A stretch of DNA of 64,000 nucleotides from Dipteris shenzhenensis (Eukaryota), in assembly GCA_047967505.1 (NCBI GenBank), contig CM106538.1, one strand, 5' to 3'. A program made the translations under genes and the position numbers. Of this stretch, positions 28,001 to 41,093 are shown one piece after another (the first letter of the stretch is position 1; every line of letters begins with the position of its first letter). The notes below the pieces were generated by a model. That model made no database searches and had not been told where the DNA came from. It saw only the letters and a program-made list of their open reading frames with translations.

Positions 28001-28946
28001 CCGATGAGGAAGGGAAGGAAGTCATAGCAATCTTCAACTCCACCACTCCCCCCCCGGCCGACATCCCATAGCCACTTCACCCAACCCCCCCAGCAAACCA
28101 CCAATCTCATCCCACCCCCACTTCCCTACACAAACCTCCCTGAGTACTCCTCCAAAGCCTCCAACACAAGCTCTGCACACTCGCAGTCCATCTCCTCCAA
28201 CGCTCATGTCGAGCTTCCAGAGAAGGCACTCTTCAAGCAGGAAAATTTTCAACATATGCCCATCGATCCGTCGCCCCTCAGGGATGACTAAAGAGGAACC
28301 CATGCCTATGTAAGATGACGATGTCCTTCCAGTATCCGCCTCCTCCCCACCCGAAGATTTTTGATGGTGGCCCTATCTGCAGTCCTTCCAAGATCTGCCT
28401 GACAGCACCCTAATGCATCACTAGAAGACGCAGATCGAAGGCTCTCCCCTCCACCTCTACAAAATTATGGAAGTTCTCCCCCTTACCGAGTTTATTACCC
28501 AGTACTTCAATGACTGGCGATGGAAGACCCATCCGAAGTGTACACACGATGGGTACCACCTTGCTCCCGATGTGCGTGTCACCCTCACTGACTCCGACGC
28601 TAGTCTTCAACCTTGTTGGTGCATTCCTTTTTCAAAGAAGGAGCAATTTTGGCGCTACTATTGCAGTGCGCATGTTGACCAATGGATCCACCCCCTTTAC
28701 ATGCCCATGGAACGACGTTGGACCTGGGCCCACTTCTGCAAGCTCCAAGAAAAGGAGTCCAATATTCTGTACAACTTCTGGAAGTACATAGTTTCTAGCC
28801 ACCTCTTACATGCTTCGTGGAGTACCAGCTATAACAGTAGAAAGGGAAGACTCCATGTTGATCAATGAGCAAGATCTACAATTTTGCAAGAGTGAAGAAA
28901 CATGAAGACTTCGAATGGTAAGAGAAGAAGTCTATAAGGAGTCATA

Positions 28947-28958
28947 GCTTTGATACCA
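28947..28958 (-). promoter_or_regulatory. tRNA-iMet primer-binding-site-like motif next to a putative LTR end
   Basis: The minus strand reads ...taaca|TGGTATCAAAGC; the canonical plant PBS is TGGTATCAGAGC after an LTR ending in CA. Confidence 0.55.
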
Positions 28959-29589
28959 TGTTATAAAGTAAGGCGGACAGTGCTGAACAGAGGTGGAAGC
29001 TCACAAGAGGGATGGAGGACCACACACAATAGGAGCTAATTGGCGAGATAGATTAGCTATCACCTTCAAACAAGGATAGAATGATCCACACCATACTGTA
29101 GGGGGTGTCCACCCACTATATAGGGGCCAAGTCTCCATCATCCACATGCAACCATTATCCAATATCAACATCCTCTAGTCACATGGAAGTAGATTTAACA
29201 CTTTGATCATCCTAATGTACAAATCTCAACACTATGCAACAATCACAATGGTTATCACTATATTTACATGATTTTTCTTGATCTTGTCAAGTAAGTATAT
29301 GATGTAAACTCTGCATTGGTCCAAGACACAGAGTTTTTTCAGCTAGTCCTTTGTGACAGTGGCTCATTGATGTGGCCATCAACAATCAACATTATGGTGC
29401 TTTGTTTGAATGGTTGCCAACGTTAAGGTTCCCTTTCATTTCAAGGAAAAGATATTACTTATAAATCTCAATATCTAAATCCTTCCTAGGGATTTTTATA
29501 GTTGGATAATTGCTTTCAATTGTAGAAAAAGGTTTTTCATAGGATTGGATGCATCTCACAAACGTCTCTCTATACAAATATATATCACT

Positions 29590-29668
29590 CGCATGCATGT
29601 GCACACGTGCGCGTGCGCGCACACACACACACACATGTGTGTGTGTGTGTGTGTGTGCGTATGTGTGC
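29590..29668. repeat. Alternating purine-pyrimidine tract, (CA)n followed by (TG)n
   Basis: gcgcacacacacacacacatgtgtgtgtgtgtgtgtgtgcg is seen directly and is self-complementary. Confidence 0.9.
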
Positions 29669-29999
29669 TTGTCTATGAAAGCTATTTCCTAGAGAAGAAA
29701 AGGGACTTGATGGGAAAAAAGACTCGGAAGGGACTTCCCCCACTTTTTAATAGCTTATCATAATCTAACTTTAGCAATCTTTAAATATAGCTCCTTAAAG
29801 TCTTTAATATGCCTCCTTGGAAGCCTTTTGTAATATCATACATTATGATCAATGCTTGTAATCACATGATGAAAAAGTTGCCCTTACTCAGGTGCTCAAG
29901 GGAACTTGGAGTACTGTCCTAGGCCACTATGATTATAAACATTATTCACCTTCTAAACATTTTTACTTACAAACTAATACATCTAGATATATACATGTT

Positions 30000-30015
30000 T
30001 CTTTTCTCTTCTCTT

Positions 30016-30050
<35 letters not shown>

Positions 30051-30055
30051 GTCTC

Positions 30056-30090
<35 letters not shown>
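30000..30090. repeat. (CT)n microsatellite
   Basis: Long imperfect CT dinucleotide run. Confidence 0.9.
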
Positions 30091-30561
30091 TTGATCTCCC
30101 TTCACTCTCTCTCCCCACCTCCTTTCTCTCCCCACATGCCGCGTGTGCCACACGATGTGCGCCGAGCCACCTACTCAATTTGTGCCTCCTGCGCACCCCA
30201 CTAGGCTCCCACTTGCCTCCCTCTTGTGCCCCCCACCTCCTCGGGCATTTACTTCCCCCCCCCTAGCTTTTTGGGCTAGTCCCCTTACCTGAGCTGTACC
30301 CTAACACATTGGAGAGAGAGATAGGAAGAAGAGGAATCCAGTTCATTTGATCCAATCCGTCTCACTTGGGTGTGATCAAGTTTGGCCTACTATAGAAGGT
30401 TCTCAAGGTGCCTTCTCTCTTTCTCTCACTCCCTTTTCGTCCCCTTCGTGCTTCAATGTGTTTTTTAACATTACGATGTATTTTCATAGGTTCCAATGGC
30501 TCTAGATGTGCCCTCTCTCCTTATCTCCACTCTTCTCTCCTCCCCTCTTCATAGTTTGTCA

Positions 30562-30571
30562 TGGTATCAGA
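30562..30571 (+). promoter_or_regulatory. PBS-like motif after putative LTR end (tgtca|TGGTATCAGA)
   Basis: 10-nt match to the tRNA-iMet PBS directly after CA. No coding region is recognisable downstream. Confidence 0.4.
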
Positions 30572-32030
30572 TGTGCTCCCTACCCATTGCCATGTGGTGC
30601 GTGGCTATTCCTCTTCATGCTACACATCCTACGGGATGCGCCTCTCCCACTATGTGTTGTCCAACTTACTACCCTTTGTCATGTTATGGCCACATGTCAC
30701 TCGGTCCCCTTGCAATGACTGGTGCTCCCCTCCTCGCTTTTATCCCTCTATGCCACTTCCTCCTCGCATTTAAGCCATCTGTCCCATGCTAGCTAGAAGG
30801 ACATGCTAGCCTACATCAATGTTCCATGTGGCCATGGTCCTTAATCTCCCAACTCACACTTGTGTGAAATGGGCTCTTGGAACCTCTCTATCGTCCGAAT
30901 TGTGGTAGCCTCTTGTGCCTCTCTCCCTACTTTTTGTATAATAAGAAGATAAGAAGGGAAATATTGGCTTCCATGACTTAATTTTGAGGAGGATATTCTT
31001 GAGTCAATGGAAATCTTGCAATTTCTACAAGAACGTATTTATAGCATCATTGTTCCTTCCCTTTTCTTCTCGGTTATAAATAAAGAGGCTTTAGGGGGGG
31101 CCTTATTTCCTTTGAAATATTTGAGGCTTGTCTAGATTAAGAGGTAGATGCCACAAATTGACATGGAGGAGTTTGTGACTTTCTAATAGGAGTTACTGAT
31201 TGAGAATCCGATAACTTAGAGATGGCTTTAGTATGAATGAATCCAACTAAGTTTTCAAATCAAGTGTTTGGTTTTTGTATTTTGTCAATTCCGAGTAAAG
31301 AATCCATAATCATCGTGGTCTAGCTCCTCTAAACCATAGACACCTCCTGTGTATCCTCTTCCACAACCTTTAGTGATAATCTTTCTCTCTATGGACTTGT
31401 GATTATGAAATGAGATTTTTTAAGAAATAGTAAAGCAAAAAGCTTTATCTAAGAAATAACAATGCGATGTCCACTTCCCTGCTATCTATTCAAGGTCTTG
31501 GAATTTGTCTCTAAACTAGACCCACTCTTCTCGTAGCACTAAAGTTGATTCATTGATCCCACTCTCTAATGTTAATCCTGATCTTCAATGTTCAATCCTT
31601 TCAATCTCTTTCTCTAAACTCTAAGGTTAGCTTGCAAAAGATTTCCCAAGTTGTTGCTTTAGGAAAGGAGAGAGGTCCCTTGTGTGCCTATACAAAGGAA
31701 AGAGAGATAGAGGGTAATAAAAGGGCTATGATATGGCACTTTTACAAAGGTTTGAACTTTGTCTGACATGATTTCCTTCTAAATATCTATTTTTCTATGT
31801 TTTTTTTGTGAAGATAAGCACCAAAAAAGGGCTCTACTCTTGGTGTGTATTTACTACTGCTATATGTACACAAACATGCACATGCACATAGACATTTTTT
31901 TTGGGTGAAAATTTTGATGCTTTATATTATAGAGTAACTATCCCAAAATGGGATGTGTCCAAATACATCAAGATAAGATGACTGTATAGGACAAGCATAC
32001 ATCAGAGTCTATGTAATGAGTTTGCAGACA

Positions 32031-32033
<3 letters not shown>

Positions 32034-32069
<36 letters not shown>

Positions 32070-32152
32070 CCACACACACACACACACACAGATGCACACA
32101 CACACACACACACACGCATGCGCACGTGCACGCGCACACACACACACACACA
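32034..32152. repeat. Compound (CT)n(CA)n microsatellite
   Basis: Directly visible. Confidence 0.9.
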
Positions 32153-32399
32153 GTGGTGGGTCTCAGCGGTGACTCATGTGTCGTGGGCTGGTTGAAGACA
32201 TGTTGACGGAGCTTTCACTCCTAGCTACTCCTTGTGGGAGCAATGCATAGCACGAGTTGTTCCCACAAGTGTCACTCCAGCAGCCTCCGGATCAAAATCT
32301 ACATGCAATCTTGCATTCTCCTTTGACACTGTACCCTTCCACTCATGCAGTACACCTTCTTGCTCACACTGGACTTCCGTTGATCCTGTAAACTTACAA

Positions 32400-32917
32400 G
32401 ATCCTATTTTGCTATAGACGTGCCTACATCACGTTCGTGCTTGATACACATGCTGTCCAAGCTAGCTGAGTGCAGATTCACATCTTTGTTGGGCAAAGCC
32501 ATCTCAATCCACATCTACTCCATGAGTAGATGCAGTGAATGCCCACACCAACACTGTATTAACTTCATTGTTCGTGACTATTTTTGAATTCTAAATCCTA
32601 TAGTAAATCTTTATAAAATCATTCAACAACAATTTCTTTGGCTGACCTATATGAAAGCCACTCCAGCTCTCTTTGTCATTGTTTTCCCATATTTCTTGGA
32701 TCCAGGTGTCCAACTCCAGATATGAGTCTGGCTTCGCTCTCAGGAAAAATCTCCAACCAAGACTAACTCCAGTCGGAATTGCTATTGGTTTGCTATCCTT
32801 AGTCTTTGGCTTCTCTTTGGTTGGAGTCTTCCTGGATGGAGTGTTTCTTCTTGGAGAAAGGACATCGGGCTTCTTGGAGGCAAGAGATGTGATGCCTTTG
32901 GGCTTCCTTGGAGACAT
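32400..32917 (-). pseudogene. Decayed ORF of unknown function, probably transposon-derived
   Basis: 108-aa ORF with a basic SP/TP-rich N-terminus. The frame continues past stops (NEVNTVLVWAF...). A possible acceptor (tctttatag) lies just upstream. No family recognised. Confidence 0.3.
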
Positions 32918-33158
32918 GGCGGTCTTCAGCTACTATAAAGAGAGTAACATTTTAGTACTAGGACTCACACTAAGATGAAGTGGAGTAAAATAACAAAGAG
33001 AGAGAGAGCAACAACAAAAGCAAAAAGTTTGCATGTCGACAGAAGGAATGGCAAAAGACAATCGCATGTAGGTTCGAATATTGAATTATGGGAGGTAAGC
33101 ATTTAGAGAATGGAGGAAAAGCAAAGAATGAATAGAGAATGGGGGAAAAGAGAAGAAT

Positions 33159-33198
<40 letters not shown>

Positions 33199-34589
33199 CT
33201 CATGAGAGAGCAACCCGCATCAACGTCCTGTGAGAAAATTCGAGGTGGAAATTAGAAGTTTAAAGTTCGAAAGTGGAAGCTAGAAATCAGAAGTTCTGAA
33301 GTTTGAAAGTGGAAGTGATAGAGTGCAGGTTCAAAAGTGAAACACTTGCGAGGAGACACAGTGCATGAAAATGTGTATATGAGCATGAGAATGCATATGT
33401 GAGAATATCTTGTGCATGAGAATCTGTAATCAATAAATATATTACTGCACATCGATTCGAGAAATCTCTCCATATCACACTCTACTTAGTACTACCACAT
33501 TCTTGCCAATAGTACATACACTGTAGCATGCTTTCACCCAAGTCCATTTTTTCAAACCTTGATTAGAGATTGTGGAGGCTAGGTCTTGCTTCAATTTTCT
33601 TAAACTCTCCCTGATTGTCTTTTTTAACAATACACCCAAAAATAATAAGTAGGGAGAGTTTTTAAGGAATTGAAGAGAGACCTAGCAACCATGATCTTTG
33701 ATCAAGGTGTCTTGCAAGGATGGCCAACCCCTTTTCTTATTGTCATTCAAGCTAGATACCCCTAATAAGATAAATAAAATACCTTTCTCATTCACCACCA
33801 AGGTGTTGTCATACTATAAGTGTCTAATGTTGGTACATCCTGGGCTCAACTCTCAAAGGTGGCACCCATAGCTCAAACACACATGAGAGTTAGATAAGAG
33901 GTCTTAGGTCAAGTTTTCATAGTTCCATGACACACCAATATGTAATTTTATCTTTATTTTATCAAACACCATTTTAGAGATTCTAGTAGGAGTCAGATGC
34001 ATTACAAGATCGGTCCCCACCTATGCATGCTTTACCACCACTACCTCATGTTTGGACGAGTACCCTAGCCAAGAGCATTGTCATCTAGCGGAGCGGCATC
34101 ATCAAGTGTAGCCCATCGGGAGCACAGGCACTATGGATGGTTTTTTCAAGTTAGTTTTGTTAAGAAGCTAAACTTTTATATTGGAGTCAAAAGTTTGTCT
34201 GGTTTAATAAAATTAAAAATTTGAAACATTCGCCAGGATTTGAAAGTTTTATGCAAAAAAATTTAAAGTTTCATCAAGATTTATATTTTTCTCTTCAAAA
34301 TTCAAAAGAAAATATAAAAAAAAAAGCATGACATTCTACCAATATTGTGAAACGAAAAAAATGAGCTTGAAAACTTTTGCCAATATTTTATATTAATATA
34401 TAAGCATAGCTTCGGTAAAAACATCATTGGCAGGTGGGCATGAGGAATAGGGTGGATAGAAGGAGCATGACATGGAGCATCAAGATGAATAGGAAGGTGA
34501 GGGATGGGAAGAAGAGAAGGAACAGAATAAGGACCAAGAGCAGGAGAAGTAGGATGTGCAGGCCACTCAAGAATAGGATGAAGAAAAGC

Positions 34590-34900
34590 AACCAACATTG
34601 TATTCATTAGGCATGGCCAAAAGTAACCTGCATTAAGAATTCTCCTAGCTATGCTCGCTGAAGCAAAATGACCGAAGCATTCAGACACATTTCTAGGATT
34701 CTCCTAGTCTCCATGGGATCGACCACCTGACGGAGCACCTTATCTTTTCCAAATTTATAAAGAATGTCATCAACAATAGTATAGGGACAAGCCTTCGTTA
34801 CCAATCTCTACTTCTGTTGTGGAGTTAACCCTCAAGGAAACATGCTCTCTTCCACATATTGATGAACATCTTGCAGTTCTTGCCATCCAGTGTCTACCAA
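34590..34900 (-). mobile_element. Gypsy integrase zinc-binding-region fragment
   Basis: YTIVDDILYKFGKDKVLR and GHFASASIARRILNAGYFWP on the minus strand. Confidence 0.7.
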
Positions 34901-35776
34901 AGAAACCACCCCCCGGTCTTGTACTACAATGGCTTGAGTAGCCAACTCATCTGCTCTTTGATTTTATTTTTTGCTTATATGAACAAACTTATAAAAATCA
35001 AATTGACTACATAGTGCCATAGCCTTTTGATTAAACTCCTTCATATCTCTTGATCTAGGAAGAATTTGAGGGTGCTCCAAAAAGGAAAGTCGCTCGTTTT
35101 TTCATGCTCTACATGCTCGTTACATCACGTGCACATTTCGGCATAAGTGACACTCACATTTGAGCCTCACCAACAAAACCACTTCCTTCACGCACATTTG
35201 CCTCTACATCGATGCATCTGACCCAGCACTTAAAAAGAACAAAAGAAAAGGAATTATTTGGTGTTCTTTCATTGATCGACGGTTCGTTTAGATCTAGATC
35301 AGAGTAGACTAGATCGCCATAGAGGGGACTCTTTGAATTCCCCAAGTTGCCAATCTAAGCCATGCCCAAAATTCCCGATTAGTACCTACTCGGAGTCAGT
35401 CCATACGCTCACATCTGATTTCACATCATTGCATTACCTGAAAACTTACGTTCATCAGTTCAGTGAGCAAACTTCAGAGTTCAGAGGCATTGCAGATTGA
35501 TTCAGTGGGCAGATAGCATTTGATTTCACACACACATGCCACCATTGTAAAGCCTATTCGGCTATCCCATGGCATCATGCACATCATTTTCAGCGTTGTA
35601 AAGCCTTTTGGCTATTCCTGGCATCATTGCCACAATCCTTATAACACAGATCAGATTTTATATACTGCAGTTCTATCTTCACCGACAGTTCAGAGATTTC
35701 ACTTGGCATATTCAATGTATTTGCAGTTGATTCATACAGAGATCTTCACGACACTTTTGAGTACATTTCTTGCACC

Positions 35777-38700
35777 ATGTCGATTAGCAACCTCAATCTG
35801 GAGACATCTGCTAAGTTAGACAACTCCAATTACGGTACATGGAAATACCAAATGGAAACCATTCTTGTGCTTCAAGACAAATGGGATACGTCGATGGGTC
35901 TACACCTAGACCATTGGACAATCTAGCCACCAGTAGCTCTACTCCATCTGTTGTCACAGCACCAGCAACGGAATCTACAACGGGATCTACATCTACACAA
36001 ACAATTTCCACACCAGTAGCAGATCCTGCCATTGCCTGAGCTCAAGTAGAATGGGATAAGAAAGACAAGTATGCCTATCACCTAATCAAGCAGAATGTGC
36101 AAGATGTCATGCTAGGACAACTCAACACAGTCAAGACATCAAAAGAAGCATGGGATATGTTCGCCGCTCTCTACGAGTCCAAGAACACATCCAGGATTCT
36201 CACCCTGAGAAACCAGATCAACCAGAGTTTTCGCAACAGCAATGAAACCGGTCATGCCTATGTACTCTGCATTAAAGACTACAACAATCAACTTGCAGCA
36301 GCAGGAGAGACTATGAACCCCGCAAAAATGGTTCAAGTAATCCTAAATGGACTAGGAGAAGGATATGAGAATCTAGTCCAGAGTATTGCCATCCAACGGT
36401 AAATTCCGACACTGGAAGAACTTCAATCAGTCCTGTTTGGTGAAGAACTCAGGACTCAGGCCACTCAAGCACGTAAAGGTCATTCTAATGATCAAGCATT
36501 CACAGCTTCAGATAGAAGTAGAGGAAAAGGCAAAAACAGAGGTAGATCATATCAGAAAAGTGGTCATCATCAACAAAATCAAAGTCAGAATCAGCATCAG
36601 CATCAGCATCATCCTCAGCAACATCAAAATCCGCAAAGAGGAAATCATTCCAATCGAGGAAGATTCCAAGGATGAGGGAATGCATCCACCAATGTGTCAA
36701 ACATTCAGTGCAACTACTGTCACAAGTTTGGACACTATGAAAGAGATTGCCGCAAGAAGCAGTACGACCAAGGCGGTCAATCCAGCAGTAATCGAGGGAA
36801 TTCCTAAGGAAGAGGAAATCATCGTGGTGGACATTCTAGTCGCAGTCATTTTGCAAATGAACATGGAAATATGTTTCTTGCAAGTGAGGAATTGCATCAG
36901 ACTGATACAATGCACCTAGACAGTGATTTCAATCCCAAAGAGGATTACAATTATCAAGTCGACCAAGTGGAATAGGATCCTTAGTACATCGACAGTGGTG
37001 CATCACCTCATATGACAAATCATCAGGAATGGTTCACAGAAATGAAGCCATTAGAAGGACATAAAAATGTCATCTACACAGCAGACAATACACCGAATCC
37101 ACTTCAAGGGACAGGTGCTATCCCTATGAACAATTTCACTAATACAAAAGGATTAGTCAAAGATGTGCTCTATGTTCCGAAGCTCAACAAGAACCTTTTT
37201 TCAGTAGGTCAAATGACAGAACACAACTACAAAGTCATCTTCGACGGTGATGAATGCACTATCAGAGACAAATCCAAAAGATGTCAGCTAGTAGCAAAAG
37301 GTGTCAAGGAAGGACGCTTATACACAATGCTAGCTACAGTACCAGATAAGCATGCCATGTCAGCTCAAATGCAACAGATGCCACTATCTGCAAAATGGCA
37401 CAAGAGATATGGTCATGTCAACTTCAACTACTTGTTAGATCTTAGGAATCAGAATATGGCAATTGGGATTGTGAAGCTACAGTTTCTTGGAAAAGTTTGT
37501 GAAGCATGCTACTTTGGTTAACAAAAGCGAACCAACTTTGTCAGAAGTACCTCCCATGCACAAGGTATTTTTTATTTGATACATACAGATGTATGGGGTT
37601 ATGCCTAGACCCATAGCATCAATGGTTCACTTTATTACTTGACCTTCATCGACGACTATAGTAGATATTGTTGGGTCTACTTTCTGAAAGAGAAATCTGA
37701 AGTGTTTTCTAGATTTCAAGAATTCAAAGCCATGGTAGAAAACCAGACAGGCAGAAAGATCAAGGTCAGAGATTAGATAGAGGAGGTGAATACATGTCTT
37801 CAGTATTCATGAATTTTTGCAAAAATCACGGCATACGAAGACGATTCACATGTGCAGATACTCCTTAGCAGAATGCAATGGCTGAAATGAAGAATGGGAC
37901 TTTAGCAGACAGTGCTAGAGCAATGCTTAGTGAAAAGCATCTTCCAAATCAGTATTGGGTAGAAGCAATAGCTATAGCAAACTATTTGCTTAATTGGCTT
38001 CACAGTCATCAGAATAGAAAACCTCACCTACACAGGAGATAGAAGCATCGACTTCACAGTCATCTACAGAACAGGTTGATGAAGAAGAGCAAGAATTGCC
38101 AGCAACACCCCAAGCAGAGCCACAGCAGCTCAGACATTCTACTAGGGAAAGCAAACCACCAGTCAGATTGACATATGCTCAGAAAGGCAAAGCAATTCAG
38201 GTGGAAACCATCAACTATGCTCTTATGACTACCATCATGGCTACAGAAGAGCCAGTGTACTTCGAAGATGCAGTAGACAAGTCAGAATGGCAAACTACTA
38301 TGAATGAAGAAATGGATGCTTTGTATAAAAATAACACTTGGGAATTATGCGACCTTCCACCAGGAAAGAAGGCCATAGCAAACAAATGGGTATACAAAGT
38401 GAAGTACAATCCAGATGGCAGTATTCAGAGATATAAAGCCAGATTAGTTGCAAAAGGATTTGCACAACAATATGGTCAGGACTATCATGAGACTTATGCT
38501 CCAGTAGCAAAGATGGATTCCATACGATTCTTGATATCACTAGCGACACTCAGTAAATGGAATGTGTATCAGCTCGATGTCAAGAATGCATTTCTCAATG
38601 GTTATCTAGACGAGGAAGTCTACATGCAACAACCAGCAGGTTATGTTGAACTAGGAAAGGAGAAAAAGGTTTGAAGAAAAGTCTCTACGGCTTAAAGCAA

Positions 38701-39793
38701 GCACCCAAAAGTTGGTACAACAAAATTGACAAGTATTTTGCTGATTTGGGATACATGAAGTCCAATGCATATCATACTCTCTACTACAAAGTTCAAGGGG
38801 AAGACATTACTATTGCACTTTTGTACGTAGATGATCTGATTGTGACTGGAAGCAAGGATAGCTGCATCAGAAAACTAAAACAAGACTTATCTACAGAGTT
38901 CGACATGAAAGATCTTGGACTTATGCACTATTGTCTTGGAATTGAGTTCTGGAGAGATTCAGATAGCACATTCATGAGTCAGCTCAAGTATGTTGACAGT
39001 CTCCTGAGGAAGTTTCATATGGCAGATTGCAAGATTGTAGCCACTCCCATGGAACAGAGTTTGAAACTTACTAAAGATTCAGAAAAGCCTACAGTCAATG
39101 ACAGATACTACAGGCAACTCATCGGATCTCTTATATGTCTGACAATCACACTGCCAAATATTTGTTATGCAGTAAGCTCACTAGCACAGTTTATGGCAAA
39201 TCCAAAATAGTCTCACTGGAATGCAGCCAAAAGAGTCTTGAGATACATCAGAGGTACAAGACAGTTTGGGATAGAATATAGAGGAAGTCATCCACAGTTG
39301 CATGGATATTGTGACAGTGACTATGCCGGAGATCATGAGACCAGGAGATCGACACAGGGATATGCATTTTTCCTTGGTCAAGGTGCTACATCATGGTTGT
39401 CAAACAAACAACCAATTGTTTCTTTGTCTTCGATTGAAGCTGAATATAGGGCATTCACTACAGGTGCATGTGAGGCTATATGGCTCAGAAGACTATTATC
39501 AGAAACAAATTACTTTGATGAGTCAAAGCCAACAACAATATACTGTGATAATTAATTGGCTCAAGCATTGGCCAAAAATCACGGTATATCACTCCAGGAC
39601 AAAGCACATTGATGTCAGAGAGCACTTCATCAGAGAAAGAGTGTTACTTGGTGACATCACACTGCAGCATTGTGATAGCAAAGAAAATGTTGCAGACATC
39701 TTTACCAAACCACTCTGTAAAGAGCTATTCGAGAAACACCGACTAGCTCTTGGTTTGACGCAGAGGAAGGACATTCCCATTAAAGGGGTGTGA
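35777..39793 (+). mobile_element. Ty1/Copia gag-pol (pseudogenised)
   Basis: Gag KLDNSNYGTWKYQMETIL and SKEAWDMFAALYE; zinc knuckle CNYCHKFGHYERDC (36709-36750); protease YIDSGASPHMT (36985); integrase [51 protein letters not shown]; RNase H GYCDSDYAG, YHSRTKHIDVREHFIRE, ADIFTKPL. Copia domain order (IN before RT). Several stops and frameshifts. Confidence 0.95.
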
Positions 39794-39870
39794 TGGAATG
39801 TAATGCTCAGTCCTTCTTCGATTCCCCAGAATCATCATCTTGAGGGAAGGCCTACTTCATGATGTTGATC

Positions 39871-40030
39871 TTGAGGGAAGGTGTTGAGAGTTCACGCTCA
39901 ACATCATGTGATCATGTGTGCATAGCACCATCACGTGATCATATGTGCATAGCACTAACCTTATAGAGTGCTATAAAGGAAAGGGTTAGATCCCCTAACC
40001 CTAACCCTAAAAGGGTTTGTATATATTCTA
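39871..40030 (+). repeat. Copia polypurine tract and start of 3' LTR
   Basis: ttgagggaagg|TGTTG at 39871-39886. The right end of the LTR could not be determined. Confidence 0.6.
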
Positions 40031-40279
40031 TTTTTTCAACTAAATCTAGTGTACAGTTAGTCATTTGTGGGTGCTCACGTCAACTACAACATTAGCATGA
40101 TCTATTGTAGCTTGCTTCATCCTTGCTTTTTATCGATGCTTTCTTTTCTTTGTAGTCTCTGCTTTGACATCCTCTAGTACCAAAAAAAAATACGTTAGAT
40201 GCACCTACAAAAAAGAAACATAAAAGATCACTACGTGCCACCTTCATAGTGTCATTCTGAAATATCAATCAAGAACCAA

Positions 40280-40653
40280 AAAGCCAATGTATTTCTTGTA
40301 GCACAAGCACCTACCATTTCACTGACTAAGAATGAAGTAAGAGAAACACAAATCTTGTAAGATAGGACAGTGTAGAGTGGCACACACACACACACACAAC
40401 TTGCAACGGGCGGTCTCAAAACAGTCTCAAAGCAACAATACATTTCTTACAGTACAAGCATCTCTACCATTTCTTTGAGAGAGAAAGAAGTATGAGAAAC
40501 ATAGAGCTTGTAAGATCACACACATACACACACACACAGATTGTAGCCGGCGGTCTCAAAATAGTCTCAAAGCAACAATACATTTCTTACAGTACAAGCA
40601 TCTACCATTTCTTTGAGAGAGAAAGAAGTATGAGAAACATAGAGCTTGTAAGA

Positions 40654-40689
<36 letters not shown>

Positions 40690-40930
40690 CTTGCAACGAT
40701 CTCAAAGGTAGTCTCAAAGCAGCCAATGCATTTCTTGCAACACAAGCAATTACCATTTCGCTGATGAAGAAAGAAGTACAAGAAACACAGATCTTGTAAG
40801 ATACCACACACACACACAGCTTGTAGCAGTCTCAAAGCATTTCACTTATAGAGAAGTACGAGAAACACAGAGCCTATAAGATAAGATAGCACATGCATGC
40901 ACACACACACACACACACACAGAGCTTGCA
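40280..40930. repeat. Minisatellite of ~140-bp units, each containing a variable (CA)n tract
   Basis: gtctcaaagca.caat.catttctt.ca..acaagca...gagaaaca.aga.cttgtaagat...(ca)n recurs 4-5 times. Confidence 0.8.
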
Positions 40931-41093
40931 ACAGAGGAAGTGACACAACTGTAGAGAAAGCACGAAGGTTGGAGGTGAGGAGAGATAATAGTACAGCCAG
41001 CGGAGACACTACCGAGGGAGAGAGAGAGCAGCCAAAGAGAGTGGTTGATGGAGATGAGGTAGCTACAAGGTTGTTATGAGCCTAGACGTGGGA

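Noticed and set aside
39990-40012. Interstitial telomere
   Set aside because: Only about three units, located inside a putative LTR.
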